From contig NC_135256.1 in assembly GCF_964204865.1 (NCBI RefSeq), forward strand, positions 13,454,001 to 13,518,000: a DNA stretch of 64,000 bases. Reading direction: 5' to 3'. Numbering within the stretch: position 1 is the stretch's first letter; each line of letters begins with the position of its first letter. Source of the stretch: Styela clava. Its lineage: Eukaryota. Shown one piece after another: positions 11,839-25,059 of this stretch. Under the pieces are notes generated by a model. That model saw only the letters and a program-made list of their open reading frames with translations. It was not told the DNA's origin and did not search any database. Position numbers and translations under genes: made by a program.

Positions 11839-14800
11839 GATCTTGTTGACTGTATACCGGATTAAACCATCCAAACTGGAATAGGCCGCCGCACAATAAC
11901 ATTCGTGTACAATGCATTTACGGTCGCGTACAAAGCGATTAAAATGACATCTACATTTGCAGGACTTAAACTTACTGTTACTGTATGCTTACATGGGAAT
12001 ATTAATGAATTAGGAACGAGTATATGCATGGGAATTACAGGTATTCAAAAGTAAAAATACGGATGTAACTGTTCAATGGACTTCCGTGTATCGATGGAGG
12101 TAAATTGGTAGCATCGCCCTAAGAAAACAACGAGCGTCACAGAACTGCCAACTCGCTGATACGCGATAATTACAATTGTACCTAACTTTACTATTTCTTT
12201 GCTTAACTTATAGGTCTGCAAACATTGTGCAATCATTTCATCAGAGGATTGCGGATTAAAAATAGGCAATACAAGCAATCGGATGCCGATAAAGAGAGTT
12301 GTATTTGATACCACGGCGGCGAATTTCACGCGAAATAGGTAGATAATAGGTAGAGTGGTGGCAACACTTTTGCATGGGAATCGCTGAAAGTTTTCTATCA
12401 TTCTCACGCTATTCCTCGAGTCGATACATAGCCCACATATTCACTAGATGCTATACTCGAGGTATCAAGGCAAAAAGCATCATACAAAAAGCTTAGGTTC
12501 TCTTCTAAAATCCTTAGTTTCTTCTCACAATTCAACTTTTAAATAAAGGCTCTGCAGATGAGCCGCAGGCTAGCGGCCAAAGTTTGGTTAAAATCAATCG
12601 TATTCTGCGTCAACAGATTTCATTGGCGAATGAGCACGACGCCCAATTCAAAACGATGTCTATTTCGCAGGCATCGTATAATCGACGTGCTTTACTAGTA
12701 TCATTCAATGCTTGAAATCCTGAATGTATTTACACGAATATAAATGCAGAATAATAACTAAGTCTAAACTATAGCGATGAAATATATGTTCACTTTGTTA
12801 TGATGACGCAGCCATAAGAGCTACAGAACAAACAAGCTCGAATTTGTGGACTTTGACTTCTGATGATTAAAAACGAGAGACTCCAAAAGAGAGCCCTTTG
12901 GCGCGCAAACCAAAAATCTTCAATTCGAATAATAATTAGAGCATGAAATAAAAGAACGAGCAACAGAATACTCGCATTCCAAATGAAATCTTGTTAATAC
13001 GCCTGTGAACACTCATCGCCTTACGATGAAGTTGATGTCCCTAAATACTGATGTTAACAATGCAATTCTATGTAAATGACGAACATGTTCGTGCAAATAT
13101 TCCATCACTAATACAGGCGAGATAGTTTACTTCATTTCTAGTAGCTCGAATTCAATTATATATAAATATATTATGAGTAAATAATAACATCTGAAAATAA
13201 GTAGATCAATACATGAACACTCTGCTGATAAATCGGGACAAGTGTACTCTGTCACCATTTAGATAGCCAAAAACAAAATCACATTTTTTGCGCTTCCTGT
13301 AACAGTTGAAAGCGGATGTGTGGTTCAAGATATATACTCTGCTCTCTCAAAGGAAGTGCGTACATTATCAATATTTTCGATGTCTGAGCCCACTGTATAA
13401 GTCTCAAATACTAAGTATTATAATCTTCTGCTCTATCAGAATAAGTGCGTGTATTAACATTTTCGATGACTGAGCTTACTATGTATGTCTACTTGATGGG
13501 GGAATACTAAGTATTACCACACGTTTCAAATTAAATAAGTTTAAACCTTGCTCTGCCACCAGAAAAACATGTACACAAAATCATTTCATTACATGAGAAT
13601 TGCACACTTGAATTAGAATGAATCATTACATTGATCGAATGCAAGTATGAAAAAGCAAAAACTGCGCATATTGTAAAAATTAACGTCCTTGCTAGAATCG
13701 GAGTTGTAAAACGTAATTTGGACAATGATAAGCCAGGTTCATCCCATGTATCCCTTTGAAAAATGAAAGAATTTTTAGTTAGTTTAAAAGGAGATATTAT
13801 GATTCAGATAACATTGAGGTATTGTCAATGAACGAACCAAAGAAAAATAAAAAAAACCTATAAATGAGTTGGTATGAAAAAGTTATTATCCAAATAGCGT
13901 GGTATTCCAGAATTCTATAAGAACAAAGCAAGGGGTGTAGACTCACTCAGGAGTAAAGAATATTCCTCTTTGAGCAGAGTTACTGACGGAAACCATGTAG
14001 AAATTGGGAATTATGGGCCAGTAAATACCGATTCATTCAAGACTTGAAGTAGTGCAAAATTATATGATTAGGAGTATAGCTTCAATGTAATTAATTCCAC
14101 AAAATTAATTTCAATCAGATTTCATTTCAAGAATAACAAATGTTACATTAGGCAGTAATTCGATTCTCAACAAGCATATTTTTCCTAACATCACACCATG
14201 AATTTATACCAAATCTTGAAATACATATACTTGAATTTAAAACAAAAAACCTAACATTTTTCATCTCATTCATATCATGGAATTAGTATCTTATTAACGA
14301 ATTACACTTTACTTTATTTTTGACGAGAAAAATAGATCTTACAAATATTGAAAATTTATAAAAATTCAAACTTGGTTTCAAAAAATGAATCAACCAACCC
14401 CTAACTACAATTGAGTTGAAGTCTTCAAGACTGAAGCCAATTTCTTTGGCTGTTGTCTGGTCTAATTAGCCACATAGCGTTTGAAAAATGTCAATGAAAT
14501 CAATGAGCCGAGTCAAAATGTATAATTTGAGATTTCTCGAGCTGTATTTGATATGACTAAATCACTTTTGGGAAACCTGATTTCTTGGCTCCCCCTACAA
14601 TTCAATATTGGTAATAACGTCCATAAAATTTTGAATAAAAGTATAATAACAATAGTTCTAAATTAATGCAGTAACAAAATCCCACTTCATTTATATAGCG
14701 TTTTTCTATGTTATTGCTATTTGTCTAAATGCTGACGACTTTAAAAATGATATTGCATGCAACAAATAAATTTACGATGTAAATGTACGATTTTGCGTAT

Positions 14801-15322
14801 AACTACGATGCCTTAATTAAATTAAAAAGTTATGAAATTTCATTGAAGACTAGTATGTTATGAAATATTGATAGAAAAATATCATAGCACCAAAGTTTTG
14901 ATGTTGGACATCACAAAGCAGTGTTAAATTTCATATTTTGCATAGAGTTTGTTAATTAATTTTATGATTCATTTTAGGTGATCTCATTTACTTACAAACC
15001 TACAGAAAATGAATAATCAATTGCGATTTCGTTTTGCTTCATAAAACACACTATAAATTTTTTTCTGCTGGATATGGCCTTAATTTAGCTAAGACATAAA
15101 TATTTTCTTTACAGATTACGCATGATTGCAATTGGAATGGTCCAAGACTACTACAGAATAATGGGTGTTACTGTAGCACGAGGTCTAGAGCCATTTGTCA
15201 CCTATCAGGTGCAGTCTGAGGACTACTGCTTCCCCCAGAATCTGCTGCCCTGTAAACAAGGGAGCAATATGGAGTTCCTAAATCAGATTCCTCCACTATC
15301 TGATCAAGTTGACATTGATTGA
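11839..15322 (+). pseudogene. Probable decayed multi-exon gene of unknown family
   Basis: Exon-like blocks with splice signals and mostly open frames broken by single stops: about 12214-12338, 12558-12712, 13560-13736 (one TGA), 13898-14020, 14478-14610 (one TAA), and a terminal-exon-like block 15115-15322 after TTTTCTTTACAG. I do not recognise the family. Confidence 0.3.
13338..13516. repeat. Diverged tandem duplication, about 90-bp unit, two copies
   Basis: CTGCTCT.TCA..A.AAGTGCGT..ATT..ATTTTCGATG.CTGAGC..AATACTAAGTATTA occurs twice. Confidence 0.7.
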
Positions 15323-15643
15323 GGGCAATTCAAAATGTTGCAGAGTTTTATAGAAGAGACATTCTGACAGAAAAAAACAGTGCTACCATTTTTTTATACC
15401 TTTCTTTCTTGAATATGTTGTTTTTATAATGCTTAATTATCTAATTAAATCATTACTAGCGCATATACAAATTAAGTATTTCCCGTCAAATTAAATGGAG
15501 ATGGGATGGAAAATGCAGTGGTATCTCTCAAGTTAAACTATTAGCTTAATGTAGATCTCACGCTATAATAGCACCAGAATAAGTACATTTCCTGAAAATT
15601 CACAGAAATAGTTGGCATGTTGACAATGGAAATCTTATCACAT

Positions 15644-18600
15644 CTAGCGTTGCTCTGACAAAGATTTTGGTTGATAAACGGGAGTGTTTGGCATATGAAG
15701 GGGTTCACGGTTACGAAGTCTATCTGCAATCTTTTCAGCAATCATAATCGTAGGACCATTGAGGTTGCCACTTACGACACTTGGCATTATAGAGGCATCT
15801 ATTACTCGTAGATTCTCAAGACCATAGACCTGCAAAAGATTTTAAATAAAGATTATGAAAGCTCAAAGCCTTGAGTTTGATGGCTGAAAACTTTTGGAAG
15901 AGTAAGTATCAAACGATCAGAAGAACAAGGTCCATTACAAAAACATGCTTTCGAATGAAAAGTTGATGAACATATCAATTTCATGTTCTTGATTTATTGT
16001 CAGTTAGAGGTTCTACAGTAAAGTTAAAAATGCTGGTATTATTCTGGACATTTATTTTCTCACCTGGCCTTCATTGTTGACGACTGCCATTTTATCAGAC
16101 TCCGCTCCCATTTTACAAGTACATGAGGGATGGTAGGATGAATCACAATATTTCCGAACAAATGCATCGATTTCTGAATCTGACTGTACCTGAAGGAAAA
16201 AGCATTCGATGTTTAATGACATAGGTTTATACAAGATGGGACTTTCATATTATTCTGCGAAGGTGAAAATTGACAATATACCTTAAGCATAATATGGGAA
16301 CTACGACCTCTCAATCTCGACCAATGCAACATACTGGGTATGAGGATAGATGAGTTATTTGTTTCATATGTGTGGATTGATGGTGGTTGAAGCCCACAAC
16401 TGGCCAGTGGTAACGTGGATCAACCTACGACAATCAAAAGTCCAACCATCCTTTCACACATAATTATCCCCGAAAGGGATTCAAACCTACAAACTCACAA
16501 AGGTAAATTAGGGTTTCCACAATAAAGTTAGGTGACTTTTACGGTTTTACTATATTTTTATTTACTTCAAATCTATATACCAAATAGCTACATTTGTAAA
16601 TGTACTACTGCACAAACGAGACTGTTGATTTTATATAGAAACTATGTTCAAAAAACTTTATGAACTTGTCTTCCTGTTTTAGTTTGAGAAGATACACCGT
16701 ACTCAATAATTCACAAAAAAATCATACCTCTGCACCAGGTCTTAATTCTTCTCCTTTCAATTCATCAAATGCCTTTTGTTGAAATATTTCTCTGGTTAGT
16801 TTCACACAATTTCTCATGTCAACAATGTCTTCCTCTGAACGGGTAAGGTTGGGTTTTATTAGGCAAATAACAAAAGTAACCTACCATAATTTGTCCAAAT
16901 ATTTTTTTTAATAAACTTAGATTTATGTTAGTTGGGGATCTGTCTTTAATGTAATTTAGCGTAATATACATATTATGTGAACAAATTTGACTAGCCTGAC
17001 TGATGCTAAAACAGCAGGTGATTATCGATCACTATTTGTGTACCATAGTGAACTCAGAATTCGACAAGCAAAGTCTCAATTTTTATTTGTTTTATGCATT
17101 TATTCGAAAAAGTTTTTCTCAAAAGACGATTGTGTGTCTAAAGCAGGGGTTCTCAACCTGGGGTTCGCGAACCCTCAGGGGTTCACGAGAAGATTTCCAG
17201 GGGTACTTGGATGACAGTCGAGTTTTTGTATGTTGCTGTTTTTTAATATCCTTTATTACTATCATGGGGAAATGCGTGCCCATTGGAACTAGACACCAAT
17301 TGATACGTAGATTTTCCTTGATCTTGCATTGTTGTATTTGTGACGCAACAATGTGAATTTCAAGTCTTTGCGAACAAACTGTGAAATCTCTAAAGACAGC
17401 GTGCTGCGAGCATTGGAGAAGTGATTATGCTTATTGAAAATTGGGAGAAATTTTAGGAATTCATTAGTTAGGCAGACGACAATTGCAATAATATCAACAA
17501 GACGATTTAATTTAGTTACATATGGTCAATAAATTCGTGTTGCAACAAATTGTTAGTCAATGTATCAGTATATCACAACTTTGTTTGGTGTCTTATTACC
17601 GGAGTACGGAAAAAAGGTTGAAAACCCCTGGTCTAAAGTATGGCTCAGGAAGTGCTTTCTGCTGTTTGGTGAATGGTAGCTGGTGGAAGTCTTTCTTTGT
17701 GGTCAAACAGAAGTGACCCCAGGACCCACAATTTGAGAAACTCTGCGCTAGAGATTACTGTGACAGTGAAATGTGAGAATTTTTACTACTGGAATATTTC
17801 ACAGTTTCCAATACAACTTCACTAGCTTCAAATATATTAGAAGAAAGTTTTGATCTTTGTAATACAAAAGAGATACAATAGTTTTACTCACCGGTACTGA
17901 GGTAATTTGGTTCAATAATTGGATGATCTTTAGGATTCTTTGACTTCAATTTCAACCAACCACGACTTGATTCTCTCATAGTACCGGCATGTGCTTGGAA
18001 TGCATGGAATTCTGGATCAACTCTACCATGGTCAATAACCTGAATAAAGTAAAGTGTTGCATAATGAGGTTTTGAACAAGTCATTTTCTGTTAATCAGAA
18101 TAGAGCAGGATTAAAATTTATCTTGAGAAAGAACAGTTGATGGAACAATTGTTTAACATTGATCAAGCAAGCTTATATTGCCCTGGAATATATATTGAAA
18201 CTCTATTTCCTTTCTGTAATCAGCCACCCTAATAATTTAGTACAGCATACAGTATCATAGCATAAAAACTTGGCAGCCTCTATTTTGCTTAGGTTGATTG
18301 ATTTATATTAGTAATTTAATTTTGCAGCCATAAAAGTACTACATGCTGTTCAGTATTTGAGCATAGCACTGGGTCACAATATTTTACAGAATTTATTTTG
18401 TAAATATTTTGTTTATTTAAAAGATTTGGGTCGCTTGAAAAAAATTTTGTCAAAATGCATTTTAACCTAAACAACACAGACGAAATGCCAATATTACAGC
18501 AAGAGACAGCCACAGTGAATCAGGTTTATTATCTCTCTCTAGAACATATTCCCATATACAGAAGGTCGAACACACCTGAGAGGGCAAGAAATGATATTGA

Positions 18601-21600
18601 ATATCAGGATGTGAAACTCCTGGTTTACTTCTTATAAATCCTCCAGCATGAAGATGTGTCGTTGCTCCCATCCCTGTCTGTTTTAACAACCACTCAGCAC
18701 CAATAGGAATCATATTTATAAGTTGTTGAGCACTGTACAGCGTGATTGGCTGAAGCAAACAAAACATATTTTATATTGAAAATGATTATAATACAAGCAA
18801 CCTACAATACATTTCAAGTTTCAATAAATTTACTTTAAATAATTTTTATAAGTATGTGAAACATGCATCGTGTTTTAATCAATATCAATCGAGCTGTGTA
18901 ATGCAAGAATCAAGAGTCTTGTTGAAGTTTAAATAATTATTCTTGTCTGAAGAATGCTGACCTCGGTCAGAGGAAACATTGAGAAATAAATTTATGATAG
19001 TGTGCAGCAAGACCCTTGAATCACATAGAATAGTCATCTTCATTCCTGATTCAGTGTCATTGCATTATAGACATACAGACTCATCAAAAAGTATAGTAAT
19101 AGTATAGAGTAGTCTCGTGTAATTCCAACCGATAGTTATATTTACAAGCATTTCAAAAAATTGCAATTTGTAAACATCAATTTCAAATAAAAATTTAGTC
19201 CCAAAAGTGAAACCATTTCACATCAACATTAACCATTAAATGTTATAACACTAATATATCAATATCTCTGACAGGACTACCAAAAAATATTTGGGAAAAA
19301 TTTAACAATAAGATTGAGATAACTGACAAAATAACATACAGAATGTAACTCGGAAATAATAAAAAAAACTGTGGAAAAAGTCTGAGACAGAATTTTAATT
19401 AACAATGTAGAACCTTTGTTTTGGAAATGATGCACAGCACCCTATCTAAAACAAAATACAATATCTGCATGTTACGTTTATCATTAACCAACCTTTTTAC
19501 ATTTGTATTGAACGTAAACTTCTATATGATCTTGTAAATTTTCACCGACACCCGGTAAATTCTCAACAACAGGAATGTCTAATTTATTCAGATCATCAGC
19601 GTTACCTGTAGATAATTAAGAAAACGATCAAATCGAGAGAACATAAAGATTTAATTCGAGTATGATACAAGATAAGTTTTTTTTTACATGTAATTGTATA
19701 ATAGGTCATGAAGTAACACGGCCTCAAGTTGGGTATGGGAATAGCGAATAAGATAAATTTAGTCTCAAATGCATAAACTCGGATGCTGGAGAAAGTTGTG
19801 ACCAAGCTAGCACTAGAGATGAGATCTGAAGCCCAAGCCCGACCCGACAATTCGGATCGGGTCGGGCCTAAAATGCCAATCATTACGTTCGGGTCGGGCT
19901 TTTCTATCGATGACTTTTTTTTTAAATAAATATATTTTTATAAAAAATAAATACTAAAACTATGTGTGGATACTAAACTAAGGAATACTTGGTATAAAAG
20001 AAATAATTTGAATAAATCAGAGAAGAAGATGTAATGAACCTTTCCCCGACCTCTGACCTCTGAGAATATTCTTCCTATACTCCTAGACTCCTAAATAAAA
20101 TATGAAATCTCGGGTTTGCTTCGGGCTCAGACCTGCAAATCCAGTTAATTAGTCGGGCTCGGGCCATCTTCAGCACACTGAAATTAACCCTTGATGCTTT
20201 GAAACTTATTTTTAGGTTCCTATTGAAAGTTTCCATTTGTTTTGTCACAATTGAAATTCTGCAATTCCGACTCGAAATTTCTACCCCCTACATCACAGCA
20301 CTGCCCCAGTAGGTATGTTGAACCATCATGGTGGTGACGAGTACAGACATTATAATCACCAATGCTTCTCCCAGAAACGTTCTTGTACATTGCAATACAA
20401 CTAAAATACCAACTCACCAATTCCAGACAACATTAATAACTGTGGAGAATTGATTGATCCACCAGATAAAATAACCTCATTTGAAGCTCTGAATTCTTTC
20501 CTTTGACCATTAATCATGCATTCTATTCCAACTGCCTTTTTACCATCAAATATGATTTTAGTTGTAAAACATTGTACCTGTAAGACAGTAGAAAAAATTT
20601 CATAATCATCACGATTTTGCTCAATCGAGTATTTTTGATCAAATAGATCAGGGGTCGGCAACCTTTTGTCGCTCGCGGGCCAAAATTAAGGTTGCAAGTC
20701 ATTGGCGGGCCGCACATATTTTTAGAAAGTTGAAAACCGAACGGATGATACTTTTTATATTAAAAATCAAGCAGTGATACATCTCTCGAATAGAATATCG
20801 ATTTGTTTCCTCATTGCATCTCATAAAATTTTATTTGAATATTTTCAGCGCCATTGAACCCTTTGCACTTAGTATCAACTTTTCTGCGTTTTGTTGTCAT
20901 TTGCCTAATTATATTTAAATTATATGCTCATTAAACGAGTAATTGCGAATTATATAATTGTTAGGTTATAATATAATTTAGTCTAAAGAATATATTCGTC
21001 AAAACAGATGTTTTGTTAGTGTAATTTAGTGAAGCGTCGCGAACCGGATTATAGTGCTCCACGGGCCGGATCAGGCCCGCGGGCCGTAGGTTGCCGACCC
21101 CTGAAATAGATGATCGATTCATTGATTTGTCAACCAATAAGAAAAACAAATGAAAGCATACATAATAAACAAATACTGTTTTTTGGTAAAGACTGGAAGG
21201 AGCGACAGAACCATGCGGTCATCCAAGTCAGCTCCCTCCAATTTATTCGATTGACATAGTAATTTAGCTTTTGAAGAGATAAAAAGAGATAGAATTTTTC
21301 ATATTTATAAGAAGAATAAAGTCAATAAGATAGTCCCATTTGAACAAAAAAAAGCTTATCCATGTTTAGGCTCCAAACAAGTCTCGGTACAAGAGGCCAC
21401 TGATATCTAATTATAGAAGGAGCTAGAATTTCTGAAAAGAACAGAATCTCTCTAGTTCGGCACTGCCACTGCATACCCAATTTATAACACCCTGGTTGAG
21501 TTGGTAGACATGGTATTTGAACCTTATATATGGTGACCCAAACAAAACCGGAACCCAGTTCCATTTGGAACATATTGCATCGGTTTCGTTTTTTTGGGAT

Positions 21601-24600
21601 CACTCTGTATATATGAAAACTGCGTACAAATTGTTTGAAATAGGAAGAAAGTTGATACTTATATATTGAAAGGGGTTACCGGTACAAATCGGGTACAATA
21701 ATAGTTAACCAGTTCTATGCTTCATATGCATGGACTTTTGCATTTATTTTGTACCTCAGATACAGTTCTTTGTTAGATTAATTATTTCAAGTGGAGCATC
21801 ACCATAGATTTATACCAATAGGGACAGGATAGGATTTACATATTTATCAGACGGAGAGGAAGGAGGATGAGACAGCTTGATCGTATGCCGAACAATGGCC
21901 TCTTGTTTGGCAACTAGGCCATGTTGGCGGGTATGGAATTAGTTAGCCAGTTATTTGTTTTTGGAAGCATGGATTTGATGGTGGAAGTACTGGTACCGTA
22001 CCCTACTACAGCAGCGAGGAGTTCAGCAATTCTTTCACACATAACTATCACCACATGAGATTTGAACCTGCAAACCCACACAGTGTAATCAGAGCCACCG
22101 TTATTCCTATAAGATTTACCGGACCTCCAGAAGTATGTGCACCAAGATGGCGCACAACCTGAACATAGTAGTTGTTCCAGGTTAGGGTTCAGGTTGTGCG
22201 CCATCTTGGTGCACATACTTCGGGAGCGCCGATTTACCTCTGTTTGAAGATTTGATCTCCCTAATACAGGTCTTAAATAAGCTGTAGCAGCACTCCATCT
22301 ACGACCTTTATGAACCGTCATATCCATTGGACCAACACCTTCCTGTTGAAATCCATTTAAATCATCAGTATATGGATATCCTGCTTGCTTTCCTGCCTCA
22401 ATCCATGCCTGATACAATGGTCCAGATGTGTCACCTGCAAAATAGCTAATTTATTAAGTTGGTACATTAGTTATATTTTGTTTAGATCCCAAATTACAAA
22501 TACTGGAGTTAGAACCGCAATTGTCCAGTAAAAACCCAAAGCCCTCCATCTATCCCAAATATAACGGCCCTTCAAGAAACCATGTTCGATACCTTTTGGC
22601 GAACTTCTGGGTAAATCTCTGGGACCAAAAGAACAAACTTTCACTATGTACCTTTCGCAATACCTATATTAGTTCAAAGTGAATTGATTTGAATAAGTGT
22701 TTGACTGTTGTACATTAACTCTCTCATTTATTTTTGTTGGCTTTATATTATAACAAATGAAATGAGTGATAGAAACTATATATTATTATTTGAGGACAGG
22801 TGTAAATGTTGAAAATCTTGCGTAAGGGGCCACGCACGCATCATCGAAGTTTAAACCACTGGTATAAACATATACAGATTATGATATAACTAACCTCGAG
22901 AAACGTTCAAGGGACCATCACCACCTTTATATGTATCAGCACCCAACTGGTGAGTCTGAGCTTTTTTAAAATAAGGTAAACAATGATCGTAATCCCATCC
23001 TTCTGCCCCCTCATCTTGCCATCGATTATAATCAAAAGCATGACCACGGATATAAACCATGGCATTGAGAGATGATGATCCACCCCAGACACGACCCCTG
23101 GGCCAATACATTACTCGGTTGTCAACATTCTTTTGAGGAGTTGTGTGATAGTACCTGGAAATATATGAAGTAGAAAAACGTTATGCGTGGCCCATCATGC
23201 TAAGCGGTAGGAATACGCTCGCCACACACACCTCTTCTTACCCTGCGTGGGTTTGCAGGTTCGAATCCTGTGGGGGATAATTATGCTTGAGAGGAATGCT
23301 GGACTCCTCGCCGTCAAAGGGTGGTAAATGCTGGTTGGTTACGGCTCCTATACCCGACATGGAGGCGTAACCGAACGAGAGGCCGAGGTTCGCCATATGA
23401 TTACGCCGCTGTATCAGCATTCCTCTTCTCTGGGATAAATAAGTGATTCGCCTCGGCCTATCCTATCCTAATGTTATCATAGCAAAAACATCCAGAATGC
23501 AAAATATATATGATCAGCAACTAGCATTTGAGGTTATGCAAAACTACCCAGCTATTGGTATGCCTTTGCGTTGGTGCATCCATTTGAGTATAATGTAGCG
23601 ATGTGTTATCACATATTAGGATGACTATTTCATATGATCAGTGATGCAAATTTCATCATCAATTTACTATTTTCTGATTAATAATTCATACTGAATGAAC
23701 ATAAACCGATAATCGCTTGGGATGCCGCGACATGACAAATCCCTATCTTACCAGTTATATTTATCATCACACAAATTGTAAGTAAGTGCTGCAGGCATAT
23801 GTATCTTCCATAACAATCTCATGCTGTTCATTATCGTATCTTTAGGTCCAGCTTCAACCAACAAGACATTGTTTGATGAGTCCTCGGTAAGGCGGTTCGC
23901 TAACACACATCCTGCAGAACCTAATGTATAAAAGTTATTATCAAATTCTAAATATAGTAAAACATATGGATGGTCTGTGCATTTGGTATCATAGAATTAG
24001 AATCGTATTCAAAAGATTACTCTTGATAACATGGTTTAATCATATGGCGAACCACAACCTCTCGTCCAGTTACCAGCCCATGTCGGATAGGGGTTTATTC
24101 AGCCAGTTATTTGTTTCAGAGGCATGGACTTGATGATGGAGAAAGCAATACCTGCTGTGAATCACCCTACGGTTGGCGAGGAGTCTACCAATCCCGGCAC
24201 ACATATTTGTCCGCCCCAGAATTCGAACCTGCAAACTCATGCAGTATAATCAGAGGTGCGTTTGTGAGTGTATTCCTAATTCCCAACTATTAGCAGAATG
24301 CGCCACTCATTCTATGAATAACGTCACTGATAAGATTACGTTACTGGCATATAATATCCATACCTGCACCAACAATGATATGAGTGAAATCTTTTTCCAT
24401 CACAGTAGATGTTGAGAAAAAATTTGCAGTTTTCTGCTTTCTAATGTGTAACCGGTGGAGAATTGAACTATAAAAAATTTCATAGAAATGAATAAAATAG
24501 ATTTGAGACAGCTCTATGTTTATACCGGTACTTCATTTTATTATTTTTTTTCATGCATGCTAATAAATCAACAAATTATCAAGAACGTACAAATCAGGAT

Positions 24601-25059
24601 TGTTGGGAATTATTTAAAAGAAACTCCAACTTGAAAAAGGGTGAGGCGCAGACGGGAATTTTCAAAAGGGATTCTGAAATTTAGTCCATGTGTATGAAAT
24701 AGCAACCCCATAGACACAACCCTGCAAAATCAGGAGTTGAAAATGATTTATCCCATGACTTGACTCTAGATTGACAGAAATTGTGACTAGGGAATCATGC
24801 TCCGAAATTTCAAGGAAAGTAAATTGTTATTATAAAAATATTGATGTATGCAAGACATGAAACTTATATTCACCAATCCAAATTGAAGACTATATATTAA
24901 AACTATTCACAATTACAAAAGTTACTAACTGAAAAATTATGAAGTATAATAATATATAAAAATAAATTGAATTAGCATAGGAAAAATAAGATGAAAATAA
25001 TATAACCTCGTCTTTTTGAATCTAGAAGAGTTGCAGACAACCTTCCCAGCATGATTCAT
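15644..25059 (-). CDS. CHDH: Choline dehydrogenase, mitochondrial (GMC oxidoreductase); 12 coding exons about 25059-25007, 24467-24364, 23920-23752, 23153-22895, 22434-22238, 20577-20418, 19604-19492, 18750-18575, 18039-17892, 16834-16727, 16189-16064, 15829-15644
   Basis: Rossmann motif [92 protein letters not shown] and [27 protein letters not shown]. The C-terminus [12 protein letters not shown] resembles vertebrate CHDH. Confidence 0.97.
17144..17630. mobile_element. hAT-type MITE in a CHDH intron
   Basis: TIRs CAGGGGTTCTCAACCT / AGGTTGAAAACCCCTG; TSD GTCTAAAG on both sides. Confidence 0.88.
19814..20172. mobile_element. Degenerate MITE with CCCGA/TCGGG subterminal repeats
   Basis: Clusters of GCCCGACCCGA and TCGGGCTCGGG at both ends; TSD not clear. 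Confidence 0.5.
20649..21103. mobile_element. hAT-type MITE
   Basis: Perfect TIRs CAGGGGTCGGCAACCT / AGGTTGCCGACCCCTG; TSD AAATAGAT on both sides. Confidence 0.92.
21822..22100 (-). mobile_element. SINE copy (degenerate)
   Basis: Reverse-complement match to the 57310 SINE, including the GGATAGGAT tail. Confidence 0.75.
22121..22230. mobile_element. 110-bp hairpin MITE inserted at a CHDH splice donor
   Basis: Arms match the 8473 family; 8-bp TSD GATTTACC at 22113-22120 and 22231-22238. Confidence 0.9.
23185..23470 (+). mobile_element. SINE copy
   Basis: GCTAAGCG..AGGAATACGCTCGCCAC..GGTTCGAATCC..GGACTCCTCGCCGTC..GGTTCGCCATATG..CCTATCCTATCCTA. Confidence 0.85.
24030..24306 (-). mobile_element. 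SINE copy
   Basis: CATATGGCGAACCAC..CTCTCGTCC..GGCGAGGAGTC..TTCGAACCTGC, reverse of the consensus. Confidence 0.85.

Noticed and set aside
11839-14610. Selenoprotein or recoded gene explaining the in-frame TGAs
   Set aside because: TAA stops and phase conflicts are also present, so ordinary pseudogene decay is simpler.
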